Assembly: GCA_963772455.1 (NCBI GenBank)
Contig: CAVYXJ010000007.1
Coordinates: forward strand, 128,001-192,000
Origin: Candidatus Bathyarchaeota archaeon
Lineage (GTDB): Archaea > Thermoproteota > Bathyarchaeia > Bathyarchaeales > Bathycorpusculaceae
DNA: 64,000 bases
Direction of reading: 5' to 3'
Position 1 is the first letter of the stretch. Every line of letters begins with the position of its first letter. The translations under genes and the position numbers were made by a program. The notes under the pieces are model-generated. The model was not told the origin of the DNA. It saw nothing but the letters and a program-made list of their open reading frames with translations, and ran no database searches. Below, piece after piece: positions 37,644 through 47,202 of this stretch.

Positions 37644-38076
37644 TTTGATCAGCTTCTTTGTCTATTGTTTCTGCCTTTTTTAGTTTGATTTCGAGCACGC
37701 CATTCTTGAATTTAGTGTGCATCGCGTTTGGAATCACTACCGTCGGAAGATTTAAACTTTTATAGTATCTTCGATCTTTTGATTTTGCCGACAGCGTAAG
37801 TTTCTGGTCTTTCACATTTATCTTGAGAGTTTCCTTATTAAAGCCTACTATTTCAGCTACAATTGTGATAAAACCGTTTTCTTGAAAGATATCAATTAAT
37901 GGCTTAGGATCTTCAAATTTGCGTTTAGCAAAACTCTTGGATGGGCGAAAATTTGTGTGCATTGGAATTGCTTTTACACGTTTAGTAGTTTGGGGTGTAT
38001 GGGGTTTTCTGTTTTTTAGATTGTTAAAATCTAGCCATTTTCGATTTTTACTGGTTCTCTTCCATCTTGCACTCAT
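37633..38076 (-). CDS. Hsp20/alpha-crystallin domain protein with basic N-terminus
   Basis: PLIDIF, RYYKSLNLP, FKNGVLEIKL. Confidence 0.85.
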   Translation of the reverse strand: MSARWKRTSKNRKWLDFNNLKNRKPHTPQTTKRVKAIPMHTNFRPSKSFAKRKFEDPKPLIDIFQENGFITIVAEIVGFNKETLKINVKDQKLTLSAKSKDRRYYKSLNLPTVVIPNAMHTKFKNGVLEIKLKKAETIDKEADQNAT

Positions 38077-38443
38077 TGTGTTCTTTCCCCCTCCAATTAA
38101 CTAACGCATCTGCCTGAGGACATTATAAAACATATCGCACATAAAGGGTTACAAAATACTTGAACAACAATCAGCAAAATACCAATGCAAACAGCGATTG
38201 CATGGTAGTTTGTGGTGGGAACCTGTTTTTTTTTGGTTGTCGATCGATCCTGAATGAAGGCTTTCCGTTTGAGGGAGCAAACTATGACGACTTTTCTTTT
38301 GTTGGTGTTTTTGGTTATTTTATATTAGGTTATGGCTATTATTGACTCTAAACAAGACAATAGCACGACAGCCAAAATCTATAGTCGATGTGAAATAGAA
38401 TTCTTTATGAAAAATTGATTATAAAATATTGAACGCTGGTTGT

Positions 38444-38932
38444 TTAAACCATGCGTTGTACTAATGCGTTTATTGCTTCTCCGCGGTAGCCTGCTTCGCC
38501 GCCGGCTTTGAAGCCTTTTTTGGTTTTGCCCTTGTAGCCTTTGCTTGGTGGATGTAATCTGAACCGCGCTTGTATATCGGGAAGTTTGCCATATTGTACT
38601 TTGTTGCTGAAAATTGCTTCTGCGAGGTCTTCGATATTTTTGTAGCCTATTTTGGTTATGTATTCTTCTGTTAGTTTTTTATCGCCTGCCAAGAGAGCGC
38701 GTTTCTGCAACATCATAACTATGGTTTCTTTTGTTGGTTCACCGTAGGTAACGTAGGAGTTTACTCTTTGCAGCATGCCTTTGTAGGCTGGTCGGCTATC
38801 GATTATAACTGCGTGGTTAGTGTGAGTTAAATGGAGCAGTTCAAGGGTTTCTCTAGCTTCGCGTTGTGCACTAACAGTTCCTCTAATTCTTACGACAACA
38901 AGAGGTTTGTATTCTTCTGTTTTCTGCGCCAT
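38444..38932 (-). CDS. rpl30: 50S ribosomal protein uL30
   Basis: VVRIRG, GMLQRV, FRLHPP, GYRGEAIN. Confidence 0.96.
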   Translation of the reverse strand: MAQKTEEYKPLVVVRIRGTVSAQREARETLELLHLTHTNHAVIIDSRPAYKGMLQRVNSYVTYGEPTKETIVMMLQKRALLAGDKKLTEEYITKIGYKNIEDLAEAIFSNKVQYGKLPDIQARFRLHPPSKGYKGKTKKGFKAGGEAGYRGEAINALVQRMV

Positions 38933-38933
38933 T

Positions 38934-39581
38934 TTACTTCACCCAGTCCACTGTGGTAATCAAATTATAAGTCTTCCTCAGTCCATCAAAGATTGCACAT
39001 GCATAAGATGGCACAGTTCTAGTTGATCCGAAGCTTCTCATCCAAAGGTCTTTAACGCCTGCTAATCCCAAAATGACTTTTGCAACTTCGCTAGAAACCA
39101 AGCCTAAGCCTCTTGGTCCTGGAACAATGATTACTCGGACACCGCCACATTTACCCTCCACTTCAAATGGCACCGAATGTGGTTTACCGCATCCGCATTC
39201 CCAACTTCCGCATCCCCGTTTAACTGGTATGATGTTTAAGCGGGCATTTACAGCTGCTTTTTCGATGGCATTTCTTACTTGGCTAGCCTTTCCCGAGCCT
39301 AAGCCTATATAGCCATCTCGGTTTCCTACTGCAACGATAGCTTTGAAACGAGATTTTTCGCCTGCGTCAGTTTGTTTTTGTACAAGGTTAACGTTTATGA
39401 CTTCTTCTTGTAAATCAGGAATCAGTGAGTCGACGATCTGTGATTCAGAAATTTTTATGCCGCTTAGGAAGACGTCTTCAATACTAGTTATTTTGCCTTC
39501 CTGAATCATTTTGCCCAGCCTGGTTTTGGGAATCCAGGTTTCTAAGTTAACTGTTCGTTTTTCTCTTGGATTTCTACTCAT
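38934..39581 (-). CDS. rps5: 30S ribosomal protein uS5
   Basis: WIPKTRLG, QKQTDAG, RGCGSWEC, PGPRGLG. Confidence 0.97.
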   Translation of the reverse strand: MSRNPREKRTVNLETWIPKTRLGKMIQEGKITSIEDVFLSGIKISESQIVDSLIPDLQEEVINVNLVQKQTDAGEKSRFKAIVAVGNRDGYIGLGSGKASQVRNAIEKAAVNARLNIIPVKRGCGSWECGCGKPHSVPFEVEGKCGGVRVIIVPGPRGLGLVSSEVAKVILGLAGVKDLWMRSFGSTRTVPSYACAIFDGLRKTYNLITTVDWVK

Positions 39582-40462
39582 TCTTTCTTTCCACCTTTCT
39601 TAGTAACCTTTTTTTTGGGTGCCTTAACTTCAGTTTCGGTAGTTAGCTTGGAAGCTTTTTCTTTGGTTGCTTTTGCTTTTGGCACCTTTGCTTTTGAGAC
39701 TTTTGCTTTAGGTGCTTTAGCCACTGATTTTCCTTTAACGGGCTTTGCTGCTACCGGTTTTTCTTCTTTAACCTCAACTGGAGCTTCTTCTTTGATTGGT
39801 GCTTTAACTGCCGCTTTCGGAGCTTTCTCTTTTAAAGCAGCTTTCGGCGGTGCAGCCACTTCGGGCAACTTAGCACCCTTAGATACAGCTATGATATCAG
39901 CTTTAACTTTAGTAAAGTGTTCAACTATTTTTTCTGGAGTAACACCTTGAGCAGTGTATTGTGAGAATTTCGCGATGTATTCTTCTGAACCTGCACCCAA
40001 ATTTTTAGCGTATTTGGCTATGTGTTCACCTTTCATGCGTTCTTTAACGATTTTATCTTCACTGTGAGGTACTTCGACACCAGCATCAACAACTCCGCTT
40101 AAAACAGCAAAGATTTTTGAGCCTTTAGTGGGAGAAACCAAGCCTATGTCAAGGATTGCTTCTTTGATGCCTGCAGCCTTTGCCTTCACACCGCAAAGAA
40201 AACCTGTTAAGTAAGAGGCAGGAATGTTACCTGTTGGTGCTCTCCAACCATAAGATTTGATGAGTTCGCGGCTGTTTGCTGAAGCTAAAACCTCGTCTCC
40301 GTGGGGTTTAGCAATTATTATTTGAACTTCAACATTCTTTATTGATGCCCTTGTAACAAGCCTGGGCTTTCTTGAAGTAACCAAAGCTTTGCGAGCTTGG
40401 TAATCAGTTTTTCCTTCACGTCTTCGTCTTAAGTGTACTCGATAACTACTACCTTTTGCCAT
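39578..40462 (-). CDS. rpl18: 50S ribosomal protein uL18 with ~100-aa Lys/Ala-rich tail
   Basis: RRRREGKTDY, GNIPASYLTG, ILDIG, GEHI. Confidence 0.95.
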   Translation of the reverse strand: MAKGSSYRVHLRRRREGKTDYQARKALVTSRKPRLVTRASIKNVEVQIIIAKPHGDEVLASANSRELIKSYGWRAPTGNIPASYLTGFLCGVKAKAAGIKEAILDIGLVSPTKGSKIFAVLSGVVDAGVEVPHSEDKIVKERMKGEHIAKYAKNLGAGSEEYIAKFSQYTAQGVTPEKIVEHFTKVKADIIAVSKGAKLPEVAAPPKAALKEKAPKAAVKAPIKEEAPVEVKEEKPVAAKPVKGKSVAKAPKAKVSKAKVPKAKATKEKASKLTTETEVKAPKKKVTKKGGKKE

Positions 40463-40463
40463 C

Positions 40464-40919
40464 TTAACGTTTCCTCCATAAATCGTGCGCTTTCAAATTG
40501 CGTTCTAAATCAGCAATAGACTCAAACCTGCCGCTGCCTGCCATCCTGTAATATTGGCTGTAGGTGGTTTCAGCTATGACTTTTCTTGCTTTCAATTCTC
40601 TAAGTTTGCGTCTTAGAGAGCGAATCTTTATCATCCAAGCTTCCTTCTTGGTAACTTTTGCGCGGGCTGCACCTTTTATGCTTCCAGGACCACTACGTCT
40701 GCCCTTAAGTTTCTTAGCTCTAATAACCTTAGCTCTGGATCTGCTTACTCCTTGCTCAGGTAATGAAACTATGATTTTTTCATGAATGAGTTTTCTAACT
40801 TCTTGTCGTGTAATTGCGCCTTCAACATCGTCCATTCGTTCGGGATTAATCCAAACACGGTTCTGTCCGATCTTTAGAATTCGAGCAGCTAAACGTCTTT
40901 GTCCGGCTAAGTCAGTCAT
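40464..40919 (-). CDS. rpl19e: 50S ribosomal protein eL19
   Basis: QRRLAARIL..G..RVWI, GRRSGPGSIKG. Confidence 0.96.
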   Translation of the reverse strand: MTDLAGQRRLAARILKIGQNRVWINPERMDDVEGAITRQEVRKLIHEKIIVSLPEQGVSRSRAKVIRAKKLKGRRSGPGSIKGAARAKVTKKEAWMIKIRSLRRKLRELKARKVIAETTYSQYYRMAGSGRFESIADLERNLKAHDLWRKR

Positions 40920-41476
40920 TGTTTCTTTTCTCCCTTCTTCTTTGGTTTAGGTTTTTTGGTTGCTTTCTTTTTGGTTTCTTTCTTGGGTTTTTTCTCTTCT
41001 TTCTTGACTTTCGTTTCTTCGGTTTTTGTCGTTGCTTCTTCGCCTTCAGCAGTTTCTTCTGTTTTCTCTTCAGCTTCTTTTGTTACTTTGAGGTTTAAGA
41101 TTTTGATGTTAAGGTTCTTTGCTTCTGCGATGATTTGAGCGCGTTTTCTTTTACCGACGGTATGAGAGATTCGTGCAGCTTGAGTGTTAGGATCCATAAG
41201 TGATAAGCCTTGAACATTGAAGACTATTACTTCGCGGTATCCAGATGGATGTAGGAAACGGGCAACTTTGGGTCCTTTGTAACCCACACTAACTCCTGCG
41301 GGCCAACCTTTAATTTTCCGACGGATCTTGTTGTCTAATCCGCGTGGTCGTCTCCAGCTTAAGCTAAAGCGATCATATTTCCAACTTTCTGCCCTAATGA
41401 ATTTGGGTTTCTTATTCTTTGCGCGCGCTCTAAGTTTGAGGGCTTCGCGTGATAATGATGGTTTCTTTTCGGACAT
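40916..41476 (-). CDS. rpl32e: 50S ribosomal protein eL32 with charged tail
   Basis: PKFIR, WRRPRGLDNKIR, LHPSG. Confidence 0.96.
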   Translation of the reverse strand: MSEKKPSLSREALKLRARAKNKKPKFIRAESWKYDRFSLSWRRPRGLDNKIRRKIKGWPAGVSVGYKGPKVARFLHPSGYREVIVFNVQGLSLMDPNTQAARISHTVGKRKRAQIIAEAKNLNIKILNLKVTKEAEEKTEETAEGEEATTKTEETKVKKEEKKPKKETKKKATKKPKPKKKGEKKQ

Positions 41477-42021
41477 TATGCCATTCCTTCGTTTCTTTCA
41501 TATACGAAAATACCGTCAAGGAAAACACGTGGGTCCTTGTTTCGGACGCGTGTGGACTGTTCAATGTTGGCGGCAGTTTGGCTGACTTCTTCTAAATCTG
41601 TACCTTCAACGATGATGTCGTCTGTTTCTATTTTTACTTTAACGCTGCCGATTATTCCTATTTTTCGAGGTCTTCGTTCGCCTGTAAAGTTTTCAATCAA
41701 GACGGATTTATCTTGGATCTTTACTGAGATTGGGAAGTGGGAGAATACGATTTTGAGTTTGTATTGATAACCTTTTGTTACGCCAATAATCATGTTTTGT
41801 ATATGGGAGTAGATTGTTCCTACTAGAGCAGCTTCCTTTTTGCGTGGCCATTTTGCCCAAATTCGCACGTTTTTGCCTTCACCTTCTATTGATATTGGAG
41901 CAAACGAGAAGTCGCGTGTTAATGTTCCTTTGGCACCTTTAACGTTGATCTTTTTGTCATTAATGCTTAAGGTTACGTTGTCTGGAACTTGAACTGTTTT
42001 TGATACTTCTGGAAGCCGCAT
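41476..42021 (-). CDS. rpl6: 50S ribosomal protein uL6
   Basis: GVTKGY, SHFPI, NFTGE, KDPRVFLDGIFV. Confidence 0.97.
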   Translation of the reverse strand: MRLPEVSKTVQVPDNVTLSINDKKINVKGAKGTLTRDFSFAPISIEGEGKNVRIWAKWPRKKEAALVGTIYSHIQNMIIGVTKGYQYKLKIVFSHFPISVKIQDKSVLIENFTGERRPRKIGIIGSVKVKIETDDIIVEGTDLEEVSQTAANIEQSTRVRNKDPRVFLDGIFVYERNEGMA

Positions 42022-42032
42022 ATGTTACACTC

Positions 42033-42416
42033 CTAATACACGAAGGCTAAGAGCCTTCCTCCAAGGTTTTTCGTTTCGGCATCTTTATGTGCAATAACGC
42101 CTTTTGAAGTTGAAACAACCATTATGCCGACATCTCGGGATGGTAAGAATTTCTTTTCCCATTCTTCGAAATCGCCGACTTTCACTGCAAATCTTGGTTT
42201 AACTGGACCACATTTGTTTATTCTGCCTAGTAGTTGAACCTTGAATTTTCCAGAGCGACCATCGTCAATAAATTCGAATTCTCCGATAAAGCCGTTAAGT
42301 TGCATAATGCGAAGGACGCGTCCCAAAAGTTTAGAGGCAGGGCTAATTATGCATTCACGCTTGTTGCGTGTTTCATTATTTTTGATAGTTATCAAACCAT
42401 TTGTTAAGGTATCCAT
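42033..42416 (-). CDS. rps8: 30S ribosomal protein uS8
   Basis: FEFIDDGRSG, GRINKCG, STSKG, GGRLLAFVY. Confidence 0.97.
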   Translation of the reverse strand: MDTLTNGLITIKNNETRNKRECIISPASKLLGRVLRIMQLNGFIGEFEFIDDGRSGKFKVQLLGRINKCGPVKPRFAVKVGDFEEWEKKFLPSRDVGIMVVSTSKGVIAHKDAETKNLGGRLLAFVY

Positions 42417-42432
42417 TGTTTTTCTTTAGCTC

Positions 42433-42597
42433 CTACTCGTATTTTTTGAACCCTAATTTTGGGGCTGCTTCTCTAAAACAGCATCTACATAGATATAAAT
42501 TGTAACGTCGAATGACTGGACCATAACCGCCACATCTAACACATGGGCGTGAACCTTTGCCATATTTTCTTACTTTCTTAACTTGCTCTTTTCCCAT
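42433..42597 (-). CDS. rps14: 30S ribosomal protein uS14, Zn-binding (not in ORF track)
   Basis: [54 protein letters not shown] between rpl5 and rps8. Confidence 0.96.
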   Translation of the reverse strand: MGKEQVKKVRKYGKGSRPCVRCGGYGPVIRRYNLYLCRCCFREAAPKLGFKKYE

Positions 42598-42612
42598 AAA
42601 TTCACTCTCAGT

Positions 42613-43152
42613 TTAGACGATTTCGACTCCCAAGGTTTGTTTTATGAATACGATTGATTCTTCAGGTGTTAACAGATGTTTTGGACCGACCGACTGCTTT
42701 TGTTTCCTACGAATTTTCACTCTTTGTCCAGGGCGATTAACAGATACACAGACATCCATTCCGAAAATCCCTATTTCAGGATCATATTTTACACCTGGAA
42801 TTTCAATGTGTTCTTTTAGACCGAATGAAAAGTTGCCTCTTATATCGAAGGATTTCTTTGAAACTTTGTTATCGACTACAGGCAATATTTTCTTTAGGAA
42901 ATCAACTGCTTTTTGCTTTCGCAAAGTTACAACTACAGCAATTGATTCACCCTCGCGAATACCAAAATCTCTGATGGTTTTCTTAGCCTTTCTCTTTACC
43001 GGTGTTTGACCTGTAATTTCTTTAAGGACCGAGTTGGCTTTTTCAAGTGGTTCGCCTGATTTTCCAACGTTTAAGTTTACAACGACTTTATCAATTCTAG
43101 GTCGTAGCATTGGATGCTGTTCCCAATTTTTAATTAGTGCTTCTTCAGACAA
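42613..43152 (-). CDS. rpl5: 50S ribosomal protein uL5
   Basis: KVVVNLNVG, FGIREG, GNFSFG, YDPEIGIFGMD. Confidence 0.97.
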   Translation of the reverse strand: MSEEALIKNWEQHPMLRPRIDKVVVNLNVGKSGEPLEKANSVLKEITGQTPVKRKAKKTIRDFGIREGESIAVVVTLRKQKAVDFLKKILPVVDNKVSKKSFDIRGNFSFGLKEHIEIPGVKYDPEIGIFGMDVCVSVNRPGQRVKIRRKQKQSVGPKHLLTPEESIVFIKQTLGVEIV

Positions 43153-43909
43153 CTACAGGTGCCTCCAGTGATGTTATGAGTGGTTCTGTTTCGCCTATTG
43201 AAAATATGAAGTCCATGATTGTTTGATATCGTGCACCTTCGGAGTCTTCGATGAGTACAAGAGCTTGGCGACGTTTTTTTGCAACTGTTTTTTCGATTTC
43301 AACTATTTTGCCTTGTTTGCCAATGTTCTTTCCGCCTGTAATTATTGCCAAGTTTCCTTCTTTAGTTTTAAGGGTTTGAACTACCTGTTTATCTGGATAG
43401 GTTATTTTTATGATATCAAATGTTTCGTATGTAACTTCTACAGGATTTTTTGGGTCCGCAACTTTTATCAAAATATTTGTGCCGTCGTGTAGTGCGATTT
43501 GTACTCCGTTATGAACAGTGGACTTGTCTTCAACTCTTGCCAATTTAATATTGGATTGTTCTTTGCTTATTGGAGTCAGAACTAAACCCTTGTGTGATGG
43601 CATCACACGGAAGTATTTGTCCATGTCAGGTATTGAGATAATATCCATTAACCCGACTGGAGAATCATCTTTTTTCGCTAACTTACCGTTAACTAGAACT
43701 TTGCCTTGAGCGAGTATGAATTGACCTTCTTTTCTTGTCTGTGCAACACCGAGAATGTCCCTTAGAACTAACGTTAAAGGTAGACACTCTTCAAGTGAAT
43801 GTGAACCTGACGAGGGTTTTGCTACCCACGGTAATTCTTTTCTGTGAATTGGCCAGAATGCTGGAGCTGGCTTACGTTTCAGCCTTGCGGTTTTTCCTTT
43901 TTTACCCAT
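43145..43909 (-). CDS. rps4e: 30S ribosomal protein eS4
   Basis: LKRKPAPAFWPI, PVGLMD, HDGTN, ITGGKNIG. Confidence 0.96.
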   Translation of the reverse strand: MGKKGKTARLKRKPAPAFWPIHRKELPWVAKPSSGSHSLEECLPLTLVLRDILGVAQTRKEGQFILAQGKVLVNGKLAKKDDSPVGLMDIISIPDMDKYFRVMPSHKGLVLTPISKEQSNIKLARVEDKSTVHNGVQIALHDGTNILIKVADPKNPVEVTYETFDIIKITYPDKQVVQTLKTKEGNLAIITGGKNIGKQGKIVEIEKTVAKKRRQALVLIEDSEGARYQTIMDFIFSIGETEPLITSLEAPVVV

Positions 43910-43910
43910 T

Positions 43911-44603
43911 TTATTGTTCTCCTTTGGTTTTTTCTGAGGTTTTTGATTTAGCTCGCTGTTTAGGCGTAGCTTCTTTTTCCTCAGTCTTATTTGCTGCTAG
44001 TTCTTTCTTTGCAGCTGCCTTTGGTTTAGCTTCTTTTTTAATAGCAGATTTCTTAAGTTCCAGTGGTTCTTCGGCTGCCACATCAATTGATTGTTTTTCT
44101 GGAACTTTAGACGCCACTTTTTCTTTAACTGATATTACTTTTACAGGTTTTTCTTCTTTGACTTCTTCAACCTTTACTTGAGCTTTTTCTGCTTTCTTTG
44201 TTAGCTTAGCTTTTGGTTTTGCAGGTTGTGCAGTTGCCTTCTTTCTTTCAAGGATGTTTTTTCGCCATTTATCGTCAAGGTTGAGGCTTCGTATCTCAAC
44301 TTTTGATGGATGAATTGGAAGGAAAATGTTTGTTCCATCAACTTTTTCGCGTGTTAACCCTTCAATATAAATGCGGTATGCTTTTAAGTCAACTCGTGAA
44401 ATTTTGCCTTCGAATCCTTTGTTGTCTCCCCGTTTGATGAGAATAGTATCGCCCTTTCTCACTGGAAGAGTTTTTGCGCCTTTTGAAGCAGTTAACTCAT
44501 GCGATAGTGGTGCTGACATAAGTTTGTGGCGTATGTGAGCCGGAGCGTTAAACATTCTTTTTCTTTGTTTCTTAGGGTTCTTTACTCGTTTTGTATCTTG
44601 CAT
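43911..44603 (-). CDS. rpl24: 50S ribosomal protein uL24 with ~110-aa Lys/Ala/Glu-rich tail
   Basis: PKKQRK..NAPAH, VRKGD..RGD, IHPSKV. Confidence 0.95.
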   Translation of the reverse strand: MQDTKRVKNPKKQRKRMFNAPAHIRHKLMSAPLSHELTASKGAKTLPVRKGDTILIKRGDNKGFEGKISRVDLKAYRIYIEGLTREKVDGTNIFLPIHPSKVEIRSLNLDDKWRKNILERKKATAQPAKPKAKLTKKAEKAQVKVEEVKEEKPVKVISVKEKVASKVPEKQSIDVAAEEPLELKKSAIKKEAKPKAAAKKELAANKTEEKEATPKQRAKSKTSEKTKGEQ

Positions 44604-44613
44604 TATTGTACAC

Positions 44614-45057
44614 CTAAACTATTATACTGGAGGCACTTGCGATTCTTGGCCATCTCTCGGCTGCCTCTCTTGCTACTGGACCTCGAATTTCTGAACCCTT
44701 CATCTCGCCGTCTGGAGTGATGATTACTGCGGCGTTATCTTCAAATTGAACCCAAACACCGTCAACCCGTCTGAAGGTTTTCCTTTGTCGTACGATTACT
44801 GCTTGGAAAATCTTCTTGCGCATATCGGGTGATCCTTGACGTACTGATACTGTAACTTTGTCTCCGACGGTTGCGGATGGGTATCTTCTTAGTCTTCCTT
44901 TGTATCCCATGGCTTGGATTAAGCGTAATACTCGTGCACCTGTGTTATCAGTGCATCTGAGTTCTGAACCTGCTAATAGTCCTCGGCTGATTTTTTGACC
45001 GTGTGAAGCCATACCTTTTGATGTTAGAGCTCTCTGCTTTGCCTTAGCTGCACACAT
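44614..45057 (-). CDS. rpl14: 50S ribosomal protein uL14
   Basis: DNTGA, FEDNAAV, KGSEIRGPVAREAA. Confidence 0.96.
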   Translation of the reverse strand: MCAAKAKQRALTSKGMASHGQKISRGLLAGSELRCTDNTGARVLRLIQAMGYKGRLRRYPSATVGDKVTVSVRQGSPDMRKKIFQAVIVRQRKTFRRVDGVWVQFEDNAAVIITPDGEMKGSEIRGPVAREAAERWPRIASASSIIV

Positions 45058-45058
45058 A

Positions 45059-45379
45059 TTATCTTTCCTCTCCTAGTTTTTCTACTACAACAAATGATAC
45101 TGTTTTGCTGACTGGGCGACATTCTGCGATTTTTACGCGGTCGCCTTCCTTAACGTCAATACATGGTGGATTATGTGACGGGATGTGCCCATGTCGTCTT
45201 TCGTAACGTACGAATTTTGATGAGAATTGAAGGAATTCTCTGTCCACAATAACTGTTTTATCCATTTTTGATGTATGAACGACGCCTTCTAGTACACGTC
45301 CTCGAACTGCTAGTTCGCCGTGGAATGGGCAATTTCGATCGTTACATGTCTTTTTTGGTTTCTTGAAAGTCATTGACAT
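45059..45379 (-). CDS. rps17: 30S ribosomal protein uS17
   Basis: CNDRNCPFHG, KMDKTV, ECRPVSKT. Confidence 0.97.
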   Translation of the reverse strand: MSMTFKKPKKTCNDRNCPFHGELAVRGRVLEGVVHTSKMDKTVIVDREFLQFSSKFVRYERRHGHIPSHNPPCIDVKEGDRVKIAECRPVSKTVSFVVVEKLGEER

Positions 45380-45380
45380 A

Positions 45381-45662
45381 TTACCATAACCTCTTTACAC
45401 TTTTCTTTAACCTGTCTTCAGATCTACCGACCAATAGTTTACCGTCAATGTTTACTGTTGTGCCATCGTTAAACTCGAAGTCAAAAGATGCTAAGTCTTT
45501 TATAACGCTTTTAGGTTGACCTTGATGAATTAGAGTTAATGTGTTTTTTGATTCTGCGATTACTGGACCAGCTAATCCAAGATAACCGATATGAGTGCTC
45601 TGAGCGATTCTCGCATGTGTGCCAATAAACTCATAACGGATAATATCTGGGGTTATTTTCAT
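45381..45662 (-). CDS. rnp1: Ribonuclease P protein component 1 (Rpp29)
   Basis: EFIG, ESKNTL, DGKLLVGRSEDRLK; canonical position before rps17. Confidence 0.92.
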   Translation of the reverse strand: MKITPDIIRYEFIGTHARIAQSTHIGYLGLAGPVIAESKNTLTLIHQGQPKSVIKDLASFDFEFNDGTTVNIDGKLLVGRSEDRLKKSVKRLW

Positions 45663-45949
45663 TTTGAAACATTCTCCTTGGCTTGTTTTTTAGCTTTGGC
45701 TGGTTTTGCAGCTTTCTTTTCTATTTTTTCTTTTTTCTCTTCAGCGGGTTGATTAATACCCAGTTTCTTTTCGTTTTGTATTGTTAATATTTGAGCTATA
45801 GTTCTACGCAAATTTCTAATTCTTGTCGGGTTTTCTACGGCGCCGCCTGCGTTAACCATAGTTCTGATACGTGCTAATTCAATACGTAAATCAGCAAGCT
45901 TGCTTGCTCTATCTTCAACAGATAGTGCAGTGATTTCTTTTACACGCAT
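45659..45949 (-). CDS. rpl29: 50S ribosomal protein uL29 with Lys/Ala-rich tail
   Basis: LRIEL, GGAVENPTRIRNLRRTIAQILT. Confidence 0.94.
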   Translation of the reverse strand: MRVKEITALSVEDRASKLADLRIELARIRTMVNAGGAVENPTRIRNLRRTIAQILTIQNEKKLGINQPAEEKKEKIEKKAAKPAKAKKQAKENVSK

Positions 45950-46716
45950 TATTCTTTCGTCTCCTCAGGTTTTGATTCTGCAACAGGCTTTGGTTCGTCA
46001 GCTACTTCTTTTGCTTGCACTTCTGGTTCTGGTTCGGGTTCTGCTTCAGGTTTGGGTAAAACCGGTGCTGGCGTTTGGGGAGCTTGGGGTGGTGGAGATA
46101 CTACTTGTTCTTCTTCTGGTGCTGGTTCCATAATTGTTACTTTGTCAGGGAAATATGCGTCTGGAGGCATGATTTTTACACGTACGCCGATAATACCTGG
46201 TTTAAGTTGGATATGGGCGTCGGCTGTTTTCATGGCTCGTAATGCTGGTTCGCCAACAATTGGAAAGTGACCTGCTTTGAATTTTTCAAAACGTGCTCTC
46301 TCAGTTGTAAGTTTGCCGCTGATAACTATTTCTGCACCAAGGGCGCCTGCTTCCATAACTTGGTTTAGTGCCCAAAAACCTGCTCTTCTAAAGTGAACTC
46401 CCCTCTCGAGAGCTGATGCAACGCGGTTTGCGACTACATGAGCGTTAAATTCAGGAACTTCGATTTCTGAAACACTTATTTGAGGATTGGAAACTTTGAA
46501 GTTTTGTTCTAAGGCTGAGGCAAGTTCTTTTATAGTTTCTCCTCCTCTGCCGATAACTAAGCCTGGACGCATTGCATAGATAACTACGTGGGTGCCTAGT
46601 GGTGTTTTGGATAGGTTTACTCCACCGTATCCTGCACGTTCAAGCTTCTTTTGTAAAAACTCGTCTATTTCTGTTCTTTTAATTGATTCTGTGATAAAAC
46701 GTTTGACTATGCTCAT
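45949..46716 (-). CDS. rps3: 30S ribosomal protein uS3 with Pro/Glu-rich tail
   Basis: RPGLVIGRGG KH motif, GAEIVISGKL, GIIGVRVKIM. Confidence 0.97.
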   Translation of the reverse strand: MSIVKRFITESIKRTEIDEFLQKKLERAGYGGVNLSKTPLGTHVVIYAMRPGLVIGRGGETIKELASALEQNFKVSNPQISVSEIEVPEFNAHVVANRVASALERGVHFRRAGFWALNQVMEAGALGAEIVISGKLTTERARFEKFKAGHFPIVGEPALRAMKTADAHIQLKPGIIGVRVKIMPPDAYFPDKVTIMEPAPEEEQVVSPPPQAPQTPAPVLPKPEAEPEPEPEVQAKEVADEPKPVAESKPEETKE

Positions 46717-47202
46717 TTATTGCTCTCCTTGAGTCTGTTTCTCTTCTAAGACAATTTCGACGTGTGTTGTTTTGTCGAATTTTGGTGAGGCTCTGCCGTG
46801 TGCTCTTGGCATGAAACGCTTAAGTTTTATGCCTTGGTATGCAGCTGCATGCATTATTCGAAGCCGATCTACATCTAAGCCTTTGTTTTCAGCGTTAGCT
46901 TGGGCTGCTTCTATAACGTGGAGGATTTGTTTTGCGCATTTAATTGGGAACCTGCCTACGCAGTGATGCTCTAATCCGCGTTTATGTCCTAGCTTTTTAG
47001 TGTACCTAGAATATGGAACAGCTTTTTTCTTAATCATTACATCGCGTAAAAAATCTTTGGATTGAACAAGATTCATGCCCTTAACAGCTCTACAGACTTC
47101 CCGTGCGGCTTTATGGGATACTTTTAGTTCTCTACCGCTGGCTTTCGCTGTTTTTTCTGGATTGAGCATTTCTTCAATTATTGAGTATCCCGATTTTGGC
47201 AT
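46717..47202 (-). CDS. rpl22: 50S ribosomal protein uL22
   Basis: SHKAAREVC, GRFPIK, NAENKGL, PRAHGRA; start at MPKSGY with GGAG SD. Confidence 0.96.
   Translation of the reverse strand: MPKSGYSIIEEMLNPEKTAKASGRELKVSHKAAREVCRAVKGMNLVQSKDFLRDVMIKKKAVPYSRYTKKLGHKRGLEHHCVGRFPIKCAKQILHVIEAAQANAENKGLDVDRLRIMHAAAYQGIKLKRFMPRAHGRASPKFDKTTHVEIVLEEKQTQGEQ

Noticed and set aside
38160-38345. 61-aa ORF inside the ribosomal cluster gap
   Set aside because: Opposite strand, TTG start, no SD or motif; cannot be supported
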